A stretch of DNA of 64,000 nt from Squalus acanthias. Lineage: Eukaryota. Both the position numbers and the translations under genes were made by a program. The stretch covers positions 124,001-188,000 of the forward strand of contig JASTWF010000364.1 in NCBI GenBank assembly GCA_030390025.1, in the 5' to 3' direction. The notes beneath the pieces are model-generated. The model saw only the letters and a program-made list of their open reading frames with translations, ran no database searches and was not told where the DNA came from. This document shows positions 59,201-64,000 of this stretch, piece after piece. Within the stretch, counting starts at the first letter, position 1, and each line of letters opens with the position of its first letter.

Positions 59201-62200
59201 TGTGTTACTGGGTATAACGCTCCTGTATATATTATATAATAACACACCGTGCGTTACTGGGTATAACGCTCCTGTATATATTATATAATAACACACCGTG
59301 CGTTACTGGGTATAACACACCGTGCGTTACTGGGTATAACACTCCTGTATATATTATATAATAACACACCGTGCGTTACTGGGTATAACGCTCCTGTATA
59401 TATTATATAATAACACACCGTGCGTTACTGGGTATAACGCTCCTGTATATATTATATAATAACACACCGTGTGTTACTGGGTATAACGCTCCTGTATATA
59501 TTATATAATAACACACCGTGGTTACTGGTATAACACTCCTGTATATATTATATAATAACACACCGTGTGTTACTGGGTATAACACTCCTGTATATATTAT
59601 ATAATAACACACCGTGCGTTACTGGGTATAACGCTCCTGTATATATTATATAATAACACACCGTGTGTTACTGGGTATAACGCTCCTGTATATATTATAT
59701 AATAACACACCGTGTGTTACTGGGTATAACGCTCCTGTATATATTATATAATAACACACCGTGCGTTACTGGGTATAACGCTCCTGTATATATTATATAA
59801 TAACACACCGTGCGTTACTGGGTATAACGCTCCTGTATATATTATATAATAACACACCGTGCGTTACTGGGTATAACGCTCCTGTATATATTATATAATA
59901 ACACACCGTGCGTTACTGGGTATAACGCTCCTGTATATATTATATAATAACACACCGTGCGTTACTGGGTATAACGCTCCTGTATATATTATATAATAAC
60001 ACACCGTGCGTTACTGGGTATAACGCTCCTGTATATATTATATAATAACACACCGTGCGTTACTGGGTATAACGCTCCTGTATATATTATATAATAACAC
60101 ACCGTGCGTTACTGGGTATAACGCTCCTGTATATATTATATAATAACACACCGTGTGTTACTGGGTATAACGCTCCTGTATATATTATATAATAACACAC
60201 CGTGCGTTACTGGGTATAACACTCCTGTATATATTATATAATAACACACCGTGTGTTACTGGGTATAACGACTCCTGTATATATTATATAATAACACACC
60301 GTGTGTTACTGGGTATAACACTCCTGTATATATTATATAATAACACACTGTGTGTTACTGGGTATAACGCTCCTGTATATATTATATAATAACACACTGT
60401 GTGTTACTGGGTATAACGCTCCTGTATATATTATATAATAACACACTGTGTGTTACTGGGTATAACGCTCCTGTATATATTATATAATAACACACCGTGT
60501 GTTACTGGGTATAACGCTCCTGTATATATTATATAATAACACACCGTGTGTTACTGGGTATAACGCTCCTGTATATATTATATAATAACACACCGTGTGT
60601 TACCGGGTATAACGCTCCTGTATATATTATATAATAACACACCGTGTGTTACTGGGTATAACGCTCCTGTATATATTATATAATAACACACCGTGTGTTA
60701 CTGGGTATAACGCTCCTGTATATATTATATAATAACACACCGTGCGTTACTGGGTATAACGCTCCTGTATATATTATATAATAACACACCGTGCGTTACT
60801 GGGTATAACGCTCCTGTATATATTATATAATAACACACCGTGTGTTACTGGGTATAACACTCCTGTATATATTATATAATAACACACCGTGTGTTACTGG
60901 GTATAACGCTCCTGTATATATTATATAATAACACACCGTGTGTTACTGGGTATAACGCTCCTGTATATATTATATAATAACACACCGTGTGTTACTGGGT
61001 ATAACGCTCCTGTATATATTATATAATAACACACCGTGTGTTACTGGGTATAACGCTCCTGTATATATTATATAATAACACACCGTGTGTTACTGGGTAT
61101 AACGCTCCTGTATATATTATATAATAACACACCGTGTGTTACTGGGTATAACGCTCCTGTATATATTATATAATAACACACCGTGTGTTACTGGGTATAA
61201 CACTCCTGTATATATTATATAATAACACACCGTGTGTTACTGGGTATAACGCTCCTGTATATATTATATAATAACACACCGTGCGTTACTGGGTATAACG
61301 CTCCTGTATATATTATATAATAACACACCGTGCGTTACTGGGTATAACGCTCCTGTATATATATATAATAACACACCGTGCGTTACTGGGTATAACGCTC
61401 CTGTATATATATATAATAACACACCGTGCGTTACTGGGTATAACGCTCCTGTAAATATTATATAACACACCGTGCGTTACTGGGTATAACGCTCCTGTAT
61501 ATATTATATAATAACACACCGTGCGTTACTGGGTATAACGCTCCTGTATATATTATATAATAACACTCCGTGCGTTACTGGGTATAACGCTCCTGTATAT
61601 ATTATATAATAACACACCGTGCGTTACTGGGTATAACGCTCCTGTATATATTATATAATAACACACCGTGCGTTACTGGGTATAACGCTCCTGTATATAT
61701 TATATAATAACACACCGTGCGTTACTGGTATAACGCTCCTGTATATATTATATAATAACACACCGTGCGTTACTGGGTATAACGCTCCTGTATATATTAT
61801 ATAATAACACACCGTGCGTTACTGGGTATAACGCTCCTGTATATATTATATAATAACACACCGTGCGTTACTGGGTATAACGCTCCTGTATATATTATAT
61901 AATAACACACCGTGCGTTACTGGGTATAACGCTCCTGTATATATTATATAATAACACACCGTGCGTTACTGGGTATAACGCTCCTGTATATATTATATAA
62001 CACACCGTGCGTTACTGGGTATAACGCTCCTGTATATATTATATAATAACACCGTGCGTTACTGGGTATAACAGCTCCTGTATATATTATATAATAACAC
62101 ACCGTGCGTTACTGGGTATAACGCTCCTGTATATATTATATAATAACACACCGTGCGTTACTGGGTATAACGCTCCTGTATATATTATATAATAACACAC

Positions 62201-64000
62201 CGTGCGTTACTGGGTATAACGCTCCTGTATATATTATATAATAACACACCGTGCGTTACTGGGTATAACGCTCCTGTATATATTATATAATAACACACCG
62301 TGCGTTACTGGGTATAACACTCCTGTATATATTATATAATAACACACCGTGCGTTACTGGGTATAACACTCCTGTATACATTATATAATAACACACTGTG
62401 TGTTACTGGGTATAACACTCCTGTATATATTATATAATAACACACCGTGTGTTACTGGGTATAACACTCCTGTATATATTATATAATAACACACCGTGTG
62501 TTACTGGGTATAACACTCCTGTATATATTATATAATAACACACCGTGCGTTACCGGGTATAACGCTCCTGTATATATTATATAATAACACACCGTGCGTT
62601 ACTGGGTATAACACTCCTGTATATATTATATAATAACACACTGTGTGTTACTGGGTATAACACTCCTGTATATATTATATAATAACACACCGTGCGTTAC
62701 TGGGTATAACGCTCCTGTATATATTATATAATAACTCACCGTGCGTTACTGGGTATAACGCTCCTGAAATATTATATAACACACCGTGCGTTACTGGGTA
62801 TAACGCTCCTGTAAATATTATATAACACACCGTGCGTTACTGGGTATAACGCTCCTGTATATATTATATAATAACACACCGTGCGTTACTGGGTATAACA
62901 CTCCTGTATATATTATATAATAACACACCGTGTGTTACTGGGTATAACACTCCTGTATATATTATATAATAACACACCGTGTGTTACTGGGTATAACACT
63001 CCTGTATATATTATATAATAACACACCGTGCGTTACTGGTATAACACTCCTGTATATATTATATAACACGCCGTGCGTTACTGGGTATAACGCTCCTGTA
63101 TATATTATATAATAACACACCGTGTGTTACTGGGTATAACGCTCCTGTATATATTATATAATAACACACCGTGTGTTACTGGGTATAACGCTCCTGTATA
63201 TATTATATAATAACACACCGTGCGTTACTGGGTATAACGCTCCTGTATATATTATATAATAACACACCGTGTGTTACTGGGTATAACGCTCCTGTATATA
63301 TTATATAATAACACACCGTGCGTTACTGGGTATAACGCTCCTGTATATATTATATAATAACACACCGTGTGTTACTGGGTATAACGCTCCTGTATATATT
63401 ATATAATAACACACCGTGCGTTACTGGGTATAACGCTCCTGTATATATTATATAATAACACACCGTGCGTTACTGGGTATAACGCTCCTGTATATATTAT
63501 ATAATAACACACCGTGCGTTACTGGGTATAACGCTCCTGTATATATTATATAATAACACACCGTGTGTTACTGGTATAACGCTCCTGTATATATTATATA
63601 ATAACACACCGTGCGTTACTGGGTATAACGCTCCTGTATATATTATATAATAACACACCGTGCGTTACTGGGTATAACGCTCCTGTATATATTATATAAT
63701 AACACACCGTGCGTTACTGGGTATAACGCTCCTGTATATATTATATAATAACACACCGTGCGTTACTGGTATAACGCTCCTGTATATATTATATAATAAC
63801 ACACCGTGCGTTACTGGGTATAACGCTCCTGTATATATTATATAATAACACACCGTGCGTTACTGGGTATAACGCTCCTGTATATATTATATAATAACAC
63901 ACCGTGCGTTACTGGGTATAACGCTCCTGTATATATTATATAATAACACACCGTGCGTTACTGGGTATAACGCTCCTGTATATATTATATAATAACACAC
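47239..64000. repeat. 49-bp satellite array, part 2 (about 340 monomers, runs off the window)
   Basis: Same monomer and orientation as part 1; continues to the last base. Confidence 0.99.

Noticed and set aside
13759..61519. Many 60-100 aa ORFs (CYYIIYTGALYPVTHGVLL...)
   Set aside because: Frame cycling through a 49-bp unit; lengths depend on incidental indels.
10479..64000. CRISPR array or attC-like cassette array (palindromic repeats with regular period)
   Set aside because: No unique spacers or cassettes, no cas or integrase genes, and the context is vertebrate.
10479..64000. CENP-B box, telomeric repeat or RFX X-box in the monomer
   Set aside because: No TTCG....A..CGGG core and no TTAGGG; GTTACTGGGTGTAAC is only an imperfect X-box-like dyad with no supporting evidence.

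Overview
Vertebrate, most likely cartilaginous-fish (shark-like) genomic DNA, judged from the LINE and Harbinger families seen; no database search was possible. No complete gene and no prokaryotic system is present. Layout: 1-278 unique; 279-2693 complex (CA)n-rich microsatellite; about 2.9-9.6 kb a nested cluster of decayed transposable elements (CR1-clade LINE fragments, a deleted PIF/Harbinger element with a frameshifted Myb/SANT-like ORF, and two MITE-like elements with TIRs and 3-bp TSDs, each inserted into a CR1 copy); 9.6-10.5 kb unique DNA with possible small minus-strand exons; 10479-64000 one uninterrupted-orientation array of about 1,090 copies of a 49-bp palindrome-rich satellite, with a 200-N gap at 47039-47238. 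The satellite shows higher-order variant blocks, a roughly 30-31 kb recurrence across the gap, and signs of consensus-collapse artefacts. Nearly all ORFs in the track are repeat artefacts. I found no convincing novel biological system; the satellite architecture and the TE nesting are the most interesting items.
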